Of a stretch of DNA of 64,000 nucleotides, positions 1-9,862 are shown in pieces. The stretch's first letter is position 1. Each line of letters begins with the position of its first letter. Where the stretch lies: contig CAWHCF010000006.1 in NCBI GenBank assembly GCA_963827655.1, positions 224,001 to 288,000 on the forward strand. Reading direction: 5' to 3'. The notes beneath the pieces are model-generated. The model saw only the letters and a list, made by a program, of their open reading frames with translations. It did not search any database and was not told the DNA's origin. A program made the position numbers and the translations under genes. Origin of the DNA: an uncultured Acidobacteriota bacterium. Lineage in GTDB: Bacteria; Acidobacteriota; UBA6911.

Positions 1-1211
1 GCAGCGGAGGCATCGGCGCGGGCGCCAGCGACTTGGGAAGTGGATTCCTGGCCAGCACCGCGATTTTCCTGGGGCAGCCACCTGCGGCGCCCAACACGCC
101 TCCGGCCGGAGCTTCGCTGGTGGACCCGTTTCAAGCCGGATTTCTGCTTTCCCCGACGACCGGCGTGGGAGGCGGCGTTACTACAATGTTTCGCGACTGG
201 GTCACTCCGTACAACCAGCAGTGGAACCTGAATATTCAGCGCTCGCTGACCAGGAACACGATCGTCGAAGTCGCCTACGTCGGTAGCCGCGGTCAGCGTA
301 TCTGGGTCAATCGATCCCGAAATGCAGTGAGTGCGGACTTCCTTACACTCGGTACTGCGCTGAACGATCTGGTGCCCAATCCCTTCTTCGGCAAGATTCC
401 CGGCTTCGGCGCGTCCGCCAATGTGCGCCGATCCCAGCTACTGAAACCTTTTCCTCATTATGACGGTGTCACCCGGTTTCGAGACCCGGTGGGCGATTCC
501 ACCTACCATGGCATGACACTGCGGCTGGACAAACAATTCGGACAGGGCTTGATGTTTCAGGCTTCGTATACCTTCAGCAAGCTGATCGACAACGTGCAGG
601 AGCGATTCGGCGCAGGCACATCGTTCATTGATCCTAACAATCTGAGGCTTTCGCGTTCCATTTCGGAAGATGACCGGCCTCAGCTTCTGGTAGCTAATTA
701 CATTTATGCGCTCCCCTTCGGTCCGGGACAGAAATGGATGGCCAACGGCCGGGCGGCAAGCTGGCTGGGAAACTGGCAGGTCAGCGGTATCACGAGCTTT
801 GCCAGCGGCCGGCCGCTGGCTATCTCCGGCCCCAACAATACTCAACTTCCCGGAGTCAGCGCCTATGCCCAGCGGCTGAAGGCGGCGCAACTTCCCGACA
901 ACGAGCAGACGCTGGATCGATGGTTTGACACGACGGCCTTCGCTCCTGCGCCGGCTTTTTCTTTGGGAACGGACTCGCGGACCCAGCCGGATCTGCGCGG
1001 ACCGGGCATCGCCATATGGGACATCGGTCTTCACCGCAATCAGCGGATCAACGAGCGTGTCAATATCCAGTTCCGGGCCGAATTCCAGAACGCATTCAAC
1101 ATGCCGCAATTTGCCCAACCGAACACCAGCGTCACTGCCGCTGATTTTGGAAGGATTACCACCGGCGGCTCGCCGCGCGTAATCCAGTTTGGACTGCGCA
1201 TTTCTTACTGA
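1..1211 (+). CDS. TonB-dependent receptor (Oar-like), C-terminal part; 5' end outside the window
   Basis: Barrel motifs QQWNLNIQR, EVAYVGSRG, ASYTFSKLID, QFRAEFQNAFN and the C-terminal PRVIQFGLRISY are typical of acidobacterial TonB receptors. Confidence 0.9.
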   Translation, partial: SGGIGAGASDLGSGFLASTAIFLGQPPAAPNTPPAGASLVDPFQAGFLLSPTTGVGGGVTTMFRDWVTPYNQQWNLNIQRSLTRNTIVEVAYVGSRGQRIWVNRSRNAVSADFLTLGTALNDLVPNPFFGKIPGFGASANVRRSQLLKPFPHYDGVTRFRDPVGDSTYHGMTLRLDKQFGQGLMFQASYTFSKLIDNVQERFGAGTSFIDPNNLRLSRSISEDDRPQLLVANYIYALPFGPGQKWMANGRAASWLGNWQVSGITSFASGRPLAISGPNNTQLPGVSAYAQRLKAAQLPDNEQTLDRWFDTTAFAPAPAFSLGTDSRTQPDLRGPGIAIWDIGLHRNQRINERVNIQFRAEFQNAFNMPQFAQPNTSVTAADFGRITTGGSPRVIQFGLRISY

Positions 1212-1212
1212 A

Positions 1213-2268
1213 ATGTGTGGCGCGCTGGTTCTGTTCTTCCTTGCCTTCCAGACCCCGATGACCTTCGGCGTCTATCCAACCTACCCCGCAGCGGGACCGC
1301 TTCAGGGCAAGTCACCGGCCGAGCAAGCTCAGCTTCTTAGATCAATCGGCATTAACCTGGCCGGCGGGCGATTCAGGAATGACGATGTCCCGAACGCGCT
1401 GCGCGCCGCAAAAATCGACACCCTGGGCCTGGTGGTCTTGTGGCAAGGCGAGGAACACTGGAAGTCGCACCCGGAGTCACGACCGATCACAGCCAGTGGC
1501 CATCCGCTATTCAAGGATCGATGGTATGCGGGAATATGTCCGAACCAGGACTGGCTTCGCCGCCAAAAGCTCGCCGAGATTGAAGCCATGCTGCGAAGTG
1601 GCCGTTATGACGTCATCAATCTCGACTTCATTCGCTATCCGGTCCACTGGGAGGTCCCCGAGCCGAAGATTCCGGACACCTGCTACTGTGCGGCCTGTCT
1701 GACCAAGTTTCAGAACGACACCGGCATTGGGATACCCCGCGGGCTGGGCGACGTGCCGGCCAAGGCTGCCTGGATCAAGTCCAACCATGCCGAACTCTGG
1801 TATCGATGGCGGGCCGAACAGATCACCGGTTTCTGTGCCGAGGTCAAGCGGCTTCGAGACCGGATCCGTCCCGCGACAAAGATTGCGCTCGCGGCTGTTC
1901 CGTGGCAACCGTCGGACTACGGGAACGCCATTTACAAAGTTGTGGGACAGGACTTCCGCGCGCTGGCCAAAGTCATCGACGTGTTCAACCCGATGTCTTA
2001 TCACGTTCTGAATCAGCGCCCGGTAGCCTGGATCGGAGAGGTGAACGACCACCTGGTTCGTGAAACCGGCCGGCCGGTCTGGCCCTTTGTGATTTTCGAT
2101 AAGGACAAGACTCTCGCGGCCGGCCAATGGAACGAGATCTTTCGTCAGGCTCTTGCCGGCGGCGCCAGCGGGTTCATCGCGTTTCCCTACCCGAATATCT
2201 GGCGATCCTCCGGAGAGAGTGCTCTGCTGGAATTCTTGAAGAAGAGTGCCGGTGGTGTCAGGCCCTGA
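1213..2268 (+). CDS. Secreted glycoside hydrolase-like TIM-barrel protein (GHL10/DUF187-like)
   Basis: Signal-like N-terminus; ICPNQ, INLDFIRYP, CYCAAC, GQDF and PMSY motifs; ATG 1 nt after the receptor stop. Confidence 0.65.
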   Translation: MCGALVLFFLAFQTPMTFGVYPTYPAAGPLQGKSPAEQAQLLRSIGINLAGGRFRNDDVPNALRAAKIDTLGLVVLWQGEEHWKSHPESRPITASGHPLFKDRWYAGICPNQDWLRRQKLAEIEAMLRSGRYDVINLDFIRYPVHWEVPEPKIPDTCYCAACLTKFQNDTGIGIPRGLGDVPAKAAWIKSNHAELWYRWRAEQITGFCAEVKRLRDRIRPATKIALAAVPWQPSDYGNAIYKVVGQDFRALAKVIDVFNPMSYHVLNQRPVAWIGEVNDHLVRETGRPVWPFVIFDKDKTLAAGQWNEIFRQALAGGASGFIAFPYPNIWRSSGESALLEFLKKSAGGVRP

Positions 2269-3415
2269 GGGATGTCACAATGGTTCGCCGGGCGGCAAGC
2301 AGAGCGGGAAGGAAACCTCCGAATGCCCCCATCAGCGCGGCAAACCCGATCCCCATCGCCAGCATCTCCGGCGTGATCCGGAAATGAAACGCCAGTTCGG
2401 AGAAGGTGTTGAAGTTCATCGTCCCGGTCGAGACCCCGTGGATGGGGATGGCCAGCAAACCTCCGACAATGCCGCCGGCCACGGCAAGCAGCACCGATTC
2501 TAATAGAAAGGCGAACAGCACCTCCCGGCGCCGGAACCCCAGGACTTGAAGGGTCCCGATCTCGCGCGTGCGATAAGCTACGGAGGCGTACATGGCATTC
2601 ATCGCCGCAAAACAGGCCCCAACCGACATCACGAAGGCGATGAAGGAACCCAGGATTTTGATGGGGGCCGAAGCCCGGGTCTGATCGCGAAAATACTCGA
2701 TCTCGGGACGTGCCTGAAGGTGGAGGCGGCGATCCTGGTCGATTCGTTGCACAAGAGAGTTCACGGCAGCCGGGTCGACCGCCCGAAGCAGCATGGACGA
2801 AAAGTGGGAACGGTCGAATTCGTCCCCTACCGCATTGACGTCGGCCCAGATCTCGGAGTCGTAGGCGGTACCGGCTGCGTCGAAAAACCCTACGACCTCC
2901 CACGGATTGCCTCCGTCCAGGCGCAGCGGCTGGCCGATCTCCATGGCGAAACGGCGTGCCAGCACCCGGCTGGTAATGACCTCCCGCAGGCCGCTCTTGA
3001 ACAGACGCCCCTCCACCAGCTGGACCTGAGGCCGCAGCAGCAGTCCGGCGGATGACGTTCCCCGCATGGTCACCATGGCTCGCTCACCCCCGGAACGCGG
3101 TAGAAACATCAGGACCTGCATTTCGGCCGAAACCATCGGCTCCCCGGAACTGTCTCTTGCAATTCCCTCCAGGTACTTCAGGGTCTGGAGTTTTTCGCGC
3201 TCGATGCTGCTATTGGTCTCAACCTGCGCTCCCTGGCGAATCACCACCAGGTTCAGCGGGTGTCCGGTCGAGGTGAGAGCGGACTCCAGCCCCCGCGAAA
3301 GAGCCATAACCGAGATGAAGACCGCGACGGTCGCGGCCACGCTGAGCACCGCCATGAAGGTGCCGGTGCGCCGCACCACGACGCTGCGGAAATTGTATTT
3401 GAAAGGAATCGCCAT
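2258..3415 (-). CDS. ABC transporter permease, MacB/FtsX family
   Basis: N-terminal TM, large periplasmic loop, RTREIGTLQVLGF motif, three C-terminal TMs. Confidence 0.9.
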   Translation of the reverse strand: MAIPFKYNFRSVVVRRTGTFMAVLSVAATVAVFISVMALSRGLESALTSTGHPLNLVVIRQGAQVETNSSIEREKLQTLKYLEGIARDSSGEPMVSAEMQVLMFLPRSGGERAMVTMRGTSSAGLLLRPQVQLVEGRLFKSGLREVITSRVLARRFAMEIGQPLRLDGGNPWEVVGFFDAAGTAYDSEIWADVNAVGDEFDRSHFSSMLLRAVDPAAVNSLVQRIDQDRRLHLQARPEIEYFRDQTRASAPIKILGSFIAFVMSVGACFAAMNAMYASVAYRTREIGTLQVLGFRRREVLFAFLLESVLLAVAGGIVGGLLAIPIHGVSTGTMNFNTFSELAFHFRITPEMLAMGIGFAALMGAFGGFLPALLAARRTIVTSLRA

Positions 3416-3425
3416 GTGGAAAAGT

Positions 3426-4574
3426 TCAACCGGTATAGCGCAGAGCGTCCGCGATGTTCAGGCTCGAGGCGCGATACGCGGGAAATCCGGAGGCCATCAG
3501 GGCAACCAGGACCGAAAGCGCGAATCCGATCGCAAGCGACTCGGGCTGGACCCGCAGGACCGTAAAGAAGCCCCCGGTGGCCTTCTGCAAATCGACATTG
3601 GAAAATAACAGCCACGCGCCGACGCAGCCGAGCAGCCACCCGGCCATCGCGATCATGAGAGACTCTCCCACGAGCAGGCCGACAATGCGAGAACGGGTGA
3701 ATCCGAGGGACTTCATGACGCCCAGCTCGGCCGTGCGCTCGCGGATGTTCATTCCCATGGTCGTGGCGGTCACCAGCAAGATGGTAAAGACCACGACCGC
3801 CGAGATGCTGCTGACGAGGAATTTCAAATTCCCCATCAGGCCGCTGAAACTGAGCTGAAATCCCTTTTCAGTCTCGGTCTTGGTTGGAGCGCCCGAGTTA
3901 CGAAACATGTCATCCACTCCCTGGATAATTCTCGGCACATCTTCACGGCTTTGGGCCACAAGGGTGAACCATGCGGCCTGGCCGATCCGGCCCAGGGATT
4001 CATCCAGGTAATCCCAGCGAAACATCAAGGCCGCTTCATCGGGAGGATTGATGGACGTGAACCGGCCGACCAGAATCAGTTCGAGGTCCGTAGGATAGTT
4101 CGTCCCCTTCAAGGTTATGCGATCACCAATCTTCCAACCGAATCGGTCGAATAACCGGGTACCCGCGATAGCCGCATTCCGCTGCTTGCGGAACTCAGCC
4201 TTCTGCTCGTCGGGTAACTGGATCTCCGGCATGATGTCGAACACCTTTTCATGATCCACGGTGAACTGGGCGAAGAAATCCTTCTCATCGATGTAGATTC
4301 CGCCATACCAGTTACCCGGCATCACATCCCGCACACCTGGGACTCTTTTCATTCTCTCGAGATACGCAATCGGCAGCGGGTTAGTGAAGGAAACCACATG
4401 GCGGCTCACCAGGCGCAGGTCGCTTAACGGCGCGGCCGAGACGGCCTGCAGTTCGGAGAGCACAGTGCGCAGCGTGGTCAGCAAGAAAAGCGAGGCGGCC
4501 AGGCTGAGGGCCGTCAGCAAGGAGCGCCGCTTGTTGCGCAAGGCATTCTTCCAGATCAAGGCGGAATATTTCAT
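3426..4574 (-). CDS. ABC transporter permease, MacB/FtsX family
   Basis: KNALRNKRRSLLT start, ERTAELGVMKSLGF motif, IADALR end. Confidence 0.9.
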   Translation of the reverse strand: MKYSALIWKNALRNKRRSLLTALSLAASLFLLTTLRTVLSELQAVSAAPLSDLRLVSRHVVSFTNPLPIAYLERMKRVPGVRDVMPGNWYGGIYIDEKDFFAQFTVDHEKVFDIMPEIQLPDEQKAEFRKQRNAAIAGTRLFDRFGWKIGDRITLKGTNYPTDLELILVGRFTSINPPDEAALMFRWDYLDESLGRIGQAAWFTLVAQSREDVPRIIQGVDDMFRNSGAPTKTETEKGFQLSFSGLMGNLKFLVSSISAVVVFTILLVTATTMGMNIRERTAELGVMKSLGFTRSRIVGLLVGESLMIAMAGWLLGCVGAWLLFSNVDLQKATGGFFTVLRVQPESLAIGFALSVLVALMASGFPAYRASSLNIADALRYTG

Positions 4575-4596
4575 GGCTGAATTCTACCACGCCGGA

Positions 4597-4713
4597 ACGA
4601 TTGACGATTTACGATTGACGATTGACGATTGACGATTGACGATTGAAAAAAAGCTCGGCGGCTAATCGCCCAGCTGTTTTTCAATCGTCAATCGTAAATC
4701 GTAAATCGTCAAT
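4597..4713. repeat. Inverted pair of heptamer tandem arrays, (ACGATTG)x7 ... (CAATCGT/AAATCGT)x4.5, able to form a long hairpin
   Basis: Read directly: arrays at 4597-4645 and 4682-4713; the spacer is also partly self-complementary. Confidence 0.95.
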
Positions 4714-4730
4714 AAGAATGGGGAACGACA

Positions 4731-6126
4731 ATGACCTTTCTATCTCGCTTCGCTCGTTTGCCATCCTTCCGTTTGAGTGGGGCATGCGTGGCTCTGCTCG
4801 CGCTGGTGTCGGGACCTGCCCAAGACGGAGCTCGAGGAGTCAACTGGCCTTCCTTTCGGGGCCTCAACGGCAGCGGAATTTCGGAGGGATACTCAACCCC
4901 TGCCCGATGGAACGCCGAGACCGGCGAAAACGTTGGATGGAAAACGCCGATTCCGGGTCTGGGCCATTCGAGCCCCACGGTTTGGGAAAACATGATCTTT
5001 GTAACCAGCGCCGTCAGCGGCCAGGAAAAGCCGGTCCTGAAAGTCGGCTTGTATGGCGATATCGCTCCCGTGAATGACGACACGGTTCACAGCTGGCGGG
5101 TTTATTGCCTGGACAGGCGCACCGGTCGCCAACGTATGGGAGCAGACCGCGCACGCCGGCGTTCCTAAAATCAAAAGACATACCAAAGCGACGCATGCGA
5201 ATTCCACGGTGGCGACCGACGGGAAGCACGTAGTGGCATTTTTCGGCTCGGAGGGACTCTACTGTTATGACCTGAAAGGAAAGCTACTGTGGAAGAAAGA
5301 CCTCGGGCTGCTGGATTCCGGCTACTATGTCGTCCCTTCGGCTCAGTGGGGATCAGCCAGCTCGCCGATCATCTACAAAAACACGGTCATCGTTCAGTGC
5401 GACGTCCAGAAAGGCTCGTTCATCGCGGCCTTCAGTCTCAAAGATGGAGGCGAGATCTGGCGCACGCCTCGAAATGACGTCCCGACCTGGAGCACTCCGG
5501 CGATCTTCGAGACCGGCTCGCGGGCGCAGCTCATAGTCAATGGGTACAGACACATTGGCGGCTATGATGCCGCGACCGGACAGGAAATCTGGAAACTTAC
5601 CGGCGGTGGAGACATCCCGGTGCCAACTCCAGTCATCGCCCATGGCCTGGTCTTCATCACCAACGCTCACGGCCGCATGGCTCCCATCTACGCGGTCCGC
5701 CTGGGCGCAACCGGTGACATTTCTCTCAAAGGCGAAGAGAAGGCGAACCAGCATATAGCCTGGAGTCAGACGCGGGAAGGGGCTTACATGCAGACGCCGC
5801 TCGTCTACGGAGACTATCTCTACACCTGCAGAGACAACGGCGTACTCAGTTGTTATGAGGCCAGAACCGGAAATCGCGTTTATCAGGTGCGCCTCGCCGA
5901 TGGCCGGACCGGGTTCACCGCTTCCCCGGTCGCCGGGGATGGAAAGATCTATTTCACGAGCGAGGAGGGCGAGATCCATGTCGTAAAAGCAGGGCCGGAA
6001 TTTGAACTGCTTGCCAAGAACCCGATGGGCGAAATCTGCATGGCCACGCCTGCCATTTCCGAGGGATCGCTCTTTTTCCGCACTCAGGGGCATCTGGTTG
6101 CCATCTCGGAAAAATCCAAGCGGTAA
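4731..6126 (+). CDS. PQQ-like beta-propeller (BamB-like) secreted protein, frameshift near 5125
   Basis: NWPSFRG, WKTPIPGLGHSSP, ANSTVATDG and MATPAIS motifs split over ORFs 4731-5168 and 5074-6126. Confidence 0.85.
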
Positions 6127-6290
6127 GCCTATTCACGCGAAGTATTGCCGGCCGCGACCGAGACATGCAGAGCCGACTCCTACCGCTCCAATCAGCTTCC
6201 TAGCCGCAACGAATAAAATCCACCACTAAGACGCTAGAACCTCAGAGCGATCTTGTGGACAGAGTGGGGTTCCGTAGTATCCTTGACACC

Positions 6291-9053
6291 ATGGAGACGG
6301 TTGTCCGGTCAGCGGAGCGTGAGCGCTCTGCTGCAACTACCTACAACGAGCGAATCGAGCAAATCGTCAGCCGGTTTCCGGATCGAGTTGCATTCAGACT
6401 CAAGACTCCTCAGGGCTACCGGCAGGTGACCTACCGGGAATTCCATCAGCAATCCAAAGCCGTCGCCCAGGGAATCATCGGCACCGGGTTGAGGCCTGGA
6501 GGCCGCGTCGCCATTCTGTCCGAGAATCGGCCGGAATGGGTGGTTGCGTACCTGGGCACCTTCCTGGCCGGGGGAACCGCCGTCCCTCTTGATCCTCAAA
6601 TCTCTCCCGAAGAATGGAAGCGGCTGCTGGACGATTCCGAGACGCAGGTGATTTTTGTGAGCGGGTCCCTGTTGCCCCGGCTCCGAAGCGTCTTGCGGGA
6701 TTCTTTCCTGGCCCAAAGGTTGATCTGCTTCGACCCCCTCGAAGGAGATCGAGACGCTCGATCGGAGCTGGCCGGCTTTCAGGAGTGGGCCCTGTCGCTC
6801 AGTCCGCCAACCGCTATTCCGGAGAGCCGACTTTCCGATGTGGTCGTGATCATCTACACGTCGGGAACTACGGGCAAGCCCAAGGGGGTAATGCTCACGC
6901 AGGAGAACTTCATCTCAGAAATCTCTGCCATCCTGACCAGCATCCATGCCGACGAGAACGATGTTTTCCTGTGCCTGCTTCCCCTGCAGCACGTTTTTGC
7001 CTCAGTGGTCAATTTTCTTTTGCCGCTTTACATCGGCGCCGAAGTAACCTTCGTCGATACGCTCAAACGCACGGAGATTCTCGAAGCGCTCGAGCAAGCG
7101 GGAATCACGATCCTGGCCACGGTTCCTCAATTCTTCTATCTCTTTCACGGCCGGATTCATGACGAGCTCAGGAAGAAGCCGCCTGTCGTTCGAGCACTCT
7201 TCCGCGCAATGCTCGCGCTCAATCGATACTCGCTGCGCTTGCTCGGTCTTAATCTTGGCAAGCTGCTCTTCGCCAAGATCCATCGCACGTTCGGCAGCAA
7301 GCTCCGGCTCTTCGTCAGTGGCGGATCGGCCTTTGACTTGAACGTGGCCCAGGATTTTCATGATCTGGGATTCACCATTCTCCAGGGCTACGGCCTCACT
7401 GAGACGACGGGAGCCGCCACGGTCACACGCGTGAAAAACAACGTTATCGGCTCCGTGGGACCCGCTTTGCCAGGCGTGCAGCTCAAGATTGTCGATTCTG
7501 ACAGCGCCGGCATCGGCGAAGTTGCTATCCGCGGGCCGGTCGTGATGAAAGGCTACTACAAGAATCTCGAAGCTACGGCAGCAGTACTGAAGGAGGATTG
7601 GTTCCATTCTGGCGACCTGGGGCGCCTGGATAGCCGCGGGAACCTGTTTATCACCGGAAGAAAGAAAGAAGTCATCGTTCTCCCGAACGGAAAAAACATC
7701 TATCCCGATGAACTGGAAGCTCACTATCTGCAGTGCCCCTACATCCAGGAGATTGCCGTGCTGGGGATCTCGAGTCCGGGCGGCTACGAACGCAGCGAAC
7801 GCCTGCATGCCGTGGTGGTCCCCAACTTCGAGTATTTAAAGCAAAAGAAGATCGCAAACACGCGGGAAATTCTTCGAGACGAGATCGCGCGCTGGTCGCA
7901 CCAGCTCCCAAAATACAAAAGACTGATGAGCTACCAGGTTCAGAAGGAGCCGCTCGCCCGCACCACTACGCGCAAGATAAAACGGCTGGAGCTGAAGCGG
8001 CAGATTGAAAAAGGCGAACTGCAGGGGATGGAGGGTTCTGCGGCGCCAGCCGCCAATCCGGAAGACCAGGCCTTGCAGAACTCTCCCGTCGGACGCGAGG
8101 TCATTCGCACGCTCAGCGAGACCTATCACCGAAAAATGCCGATCGAACCCGGCATGAATCTGGAATTGGACCTCGGCTTCGACTCTTTGGAGCGCGTCGA
8201 GTTACTGGCCAGCCTGGAGCAGTCGTTGAACCTTCGGCTGCCGGAAGATTCCGGGGCCGAAATCTACACCGTGCGGGACCTGATCAAGCAGCTTCAAGGT
8301 CAGGCGGCAAGCGCCGCCGGCCCTGCCGCTGCGCGTCAGAGCTGGAAAGAAATCCTCTCGGAGAATCTGCTGAAAGAAGTGGGCGAATGGCACGTGCGCT
8401 TCTCGGGTGCCATGTTGACATTCCTGAAGCACGCCGGTCTGAAGGTGCTCTATTTGATCTTTCGCATCTTCCTGCGCCTCGAGGTTCGAGGGCTGGAAAA
8501 CCTTCCGGTGCGAGGTCCTTACCTGATCTGCCCGAATCACCTGAGCTACATGGATCCTCTGGTGGTGATGTCGGTGTTGCCTTACCGCGTATTCAAGAAA
8601 GTCTTCTTTGTCGGAGCCAGCGAATATTTCACCAGCTGGCCCATGAGATTCCTGGCCCGGCTGGCCAACATCGTCCCGGTCGACCCCGATGCTCACTTGC
8701 TGCGCGCAATGAAAGTGGGAGCCTACGGGCTGCGCCAGGGACGCATTCTCTGCATTTTCCCGGAGGGAGCCCGGTCCTTCGACGGAGAACTGAAGGAATT
8801 CAAGAAAGGGGCAGCGATTCTGTCCCGGGAAGTCGGAGTGCCGATCATTCCTGCCGGACTTCAAGGGACCTATGAGGTCTGGCCGCGCGACAGCTGGAGA
8901 ATACGCCCGCACAAGGTGAAGGTGTCGTTCGGAAGTCCGTTACAGGCCAGCGACGGATCAGAGGAAATTCCCTATCAGGCCGATACGGAACGCCTGCAGC
9001 AAGCGGTCTCCAGTCTGATCACAAACGGCCGCGCACAATCCACTCGCCAGTGA
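6291..9053 (+). CDS. Multidomain acyl-CoA/AMP ligase + acyl carrier domain + PlsC-type acyltransferase
   Basis: YTSGTTGKPKG, QGYGLTET, HSGDLG (ANL); LGFDSL (phosphopantetheine site); NHLSYMD and FPEGARS (PlsC). Confidence 0.9.
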   Translation: METVVRSAERERSAATTYNERIEQIVSRFPDRVAFRLKTPQGYRQVTYREFHQQSKAVAQGIIGTGLRPGGRVAILSENRPEWVVAYLGTFLAGGTAVPLDPQISPEEWKRLLDDSETQVIFVSGSLLPRLRSVLRDSFLAQRLICFDPLEGDRDARSELAGFQEWALSLSPPTAIPESRLSDVVVIIYTSGTTGKPKGVMLTQENFISEISAILTSIHADENDVFLCLLPLQHVFASVVNFLLPLYIGAEVTFVDTLKRTEILEALEQAGITILATVPQFFYLFHGRIHDELRKKPPVVRALFRAMLALNRYSLRLLGLNLGKLLFAKIHRTFGSKLRLFVSGGSAFDLNVAQDFHDLGFTILQGYGLTETTGAATVTRVKNNVIGSVGPALPGVQLKIVDSDSAGIGEVAIRGPVVMKGYYKNLEATAAVLKEDWFHSGDLGRLDSRGNLFITGRKKEVIVLPNGKNIYPDELEAHYLQCPYIQEIAVLGISSPGGYERSERLHAVVVPNFEYLKQKKIANTREILRDEIARWSHQLPKYKRLMSYQVQKEPLARTTTRKIKRLELKRQIEKGELQGMEGSAAPAANPEDQALQNSPVGREVIRTLSETYHRKMPIEPGMNLELDLGFDSLERVELLASLEQSLNLRLPEDSGAEIYTVRDLIKQLQGQAASAAGPAAARQSWKEILSENLLKEVGEWHVRFSGAMLTFLKHAGLKVLYLIFRIFLRLEVRGLENLPVRGPYLICPNHLSYMDPLVVMSVLPYRVFKKVFFVGASEYFTSWPMRFLARLANIVPVDPDAHLLRAMKVGAYGLRQGRILCIFPEGARSFDGELKEFKKGAAILSREVGVPIIPAGLQGTYEVWPRDSWRIRPHKVKVSFGSPLQASDGSEEIPYQADTERLQQAVSSLITNGRAQSTRQ

Positions 9054-9108
9054 GTGAAGTACGACTTCTTTGGTCAATCTGCCCCCTTGCCGTCCGTCAT
9101 TGCGATAA

Positions 9109-9546
9109 TCACGATGGAATGGTTTCAAGCGTCTTGGCTCCGCCTTGGACAGCGGCAACTGGAATGTGACGGTCTAAGGTCGCCAGCTTGCCACCGCGAT
9201 GGACCGACAGGCCAAGCAAGTAAACGTCGGTCAGATGGCTATGATTGATAGCGGCCCCGATCGTGAAGAGTCTTTCGTCCAAGAGACTAACTTCATCCGG
9301 CCAGAAGCGATGTCCCTTGCCGCCACAAAACTGGCGAAGAATTCCAAGGATTTCCTGCGGGCTGCCGGGACAACCGGGATAGCTGGGATGGCTTGCGATG
9401 CGCACAACTCCGTTTTCGGTCATCGGACAGGTCGCCCACGAGCGATGGCCTATTGATCGAAACCAGCGGTGAGCCGCGTCATGCGAAACGTGGTGGGGGT
9501 CGAATAACGCCAGTAAAACGTTAACGTCAAGTAGATATGCCGTCAC
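9109..9546 (-). CDS. vapC: Type II TA toxin, PIN domain
   Basis: YLLDVNVLLAL, TENG, TDVYLL, LATLDR PIN motifs; overlaps the antitoxin stop. Confidence 0.9.
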   Translation of the reverse strand: MTAYLLDVNVLLALFDPHHVSHDAAHRWFRSIGHRSWATCPMTENGVVRIASHPSYPGCPGSPQEILGILRQFCGGKGHRFWPDEVSLLDERLFTIGAAINHSHLTDVYLLGLSVHRGGKLATLDRHIPVAAVQGGAKTLETIPS

Positions 9547-9770
9547 GGGGCCTCATCCCGAAGCCGGTTGACCAGCTCCAGAGTGACAACGGTCGAGCCG
9601 GGCTGAGTATCAAATAATGGCACCCCATTTCGCGACCGTGAGGCCCGGTCACGGCGTAGGCCCTTGCGTGCCAGCTCGGACAAGACCTTGCCAGCTGGAA
9701 GGCCCCGGTGCCGTGCAAGATTCTTGGCTGCCAGGAGAACATCTTCGTCAATATCAAGTGTCGTTCTCAT
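9543..9770 (-). CDS. vapB: Type II TA antitoxin (VapB/CopG-like RHH)
   Basis: MRTTLDIDEDVLLAAK N-terminus, RNGVPL; 75 aa directly upstream of the PIN toxin. Confidence 0.85.
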   Translation of the reverse strand: MRTTLDIDEDVLLAAKNLARHRGLPAGKVLSELARKGLRRDRASRSRNGVPLFDTQPGSTVVTLELVNRLRDEAP

Positions 9771-9862
9771 AGCTGAATATCATCACGCATCACGCATCAG
9801 ATGTCAAATACTCCCTGGGCGTGGGAAAGCTAGCCCCAGCGTTCTTTAACGGGGGACGGCTC

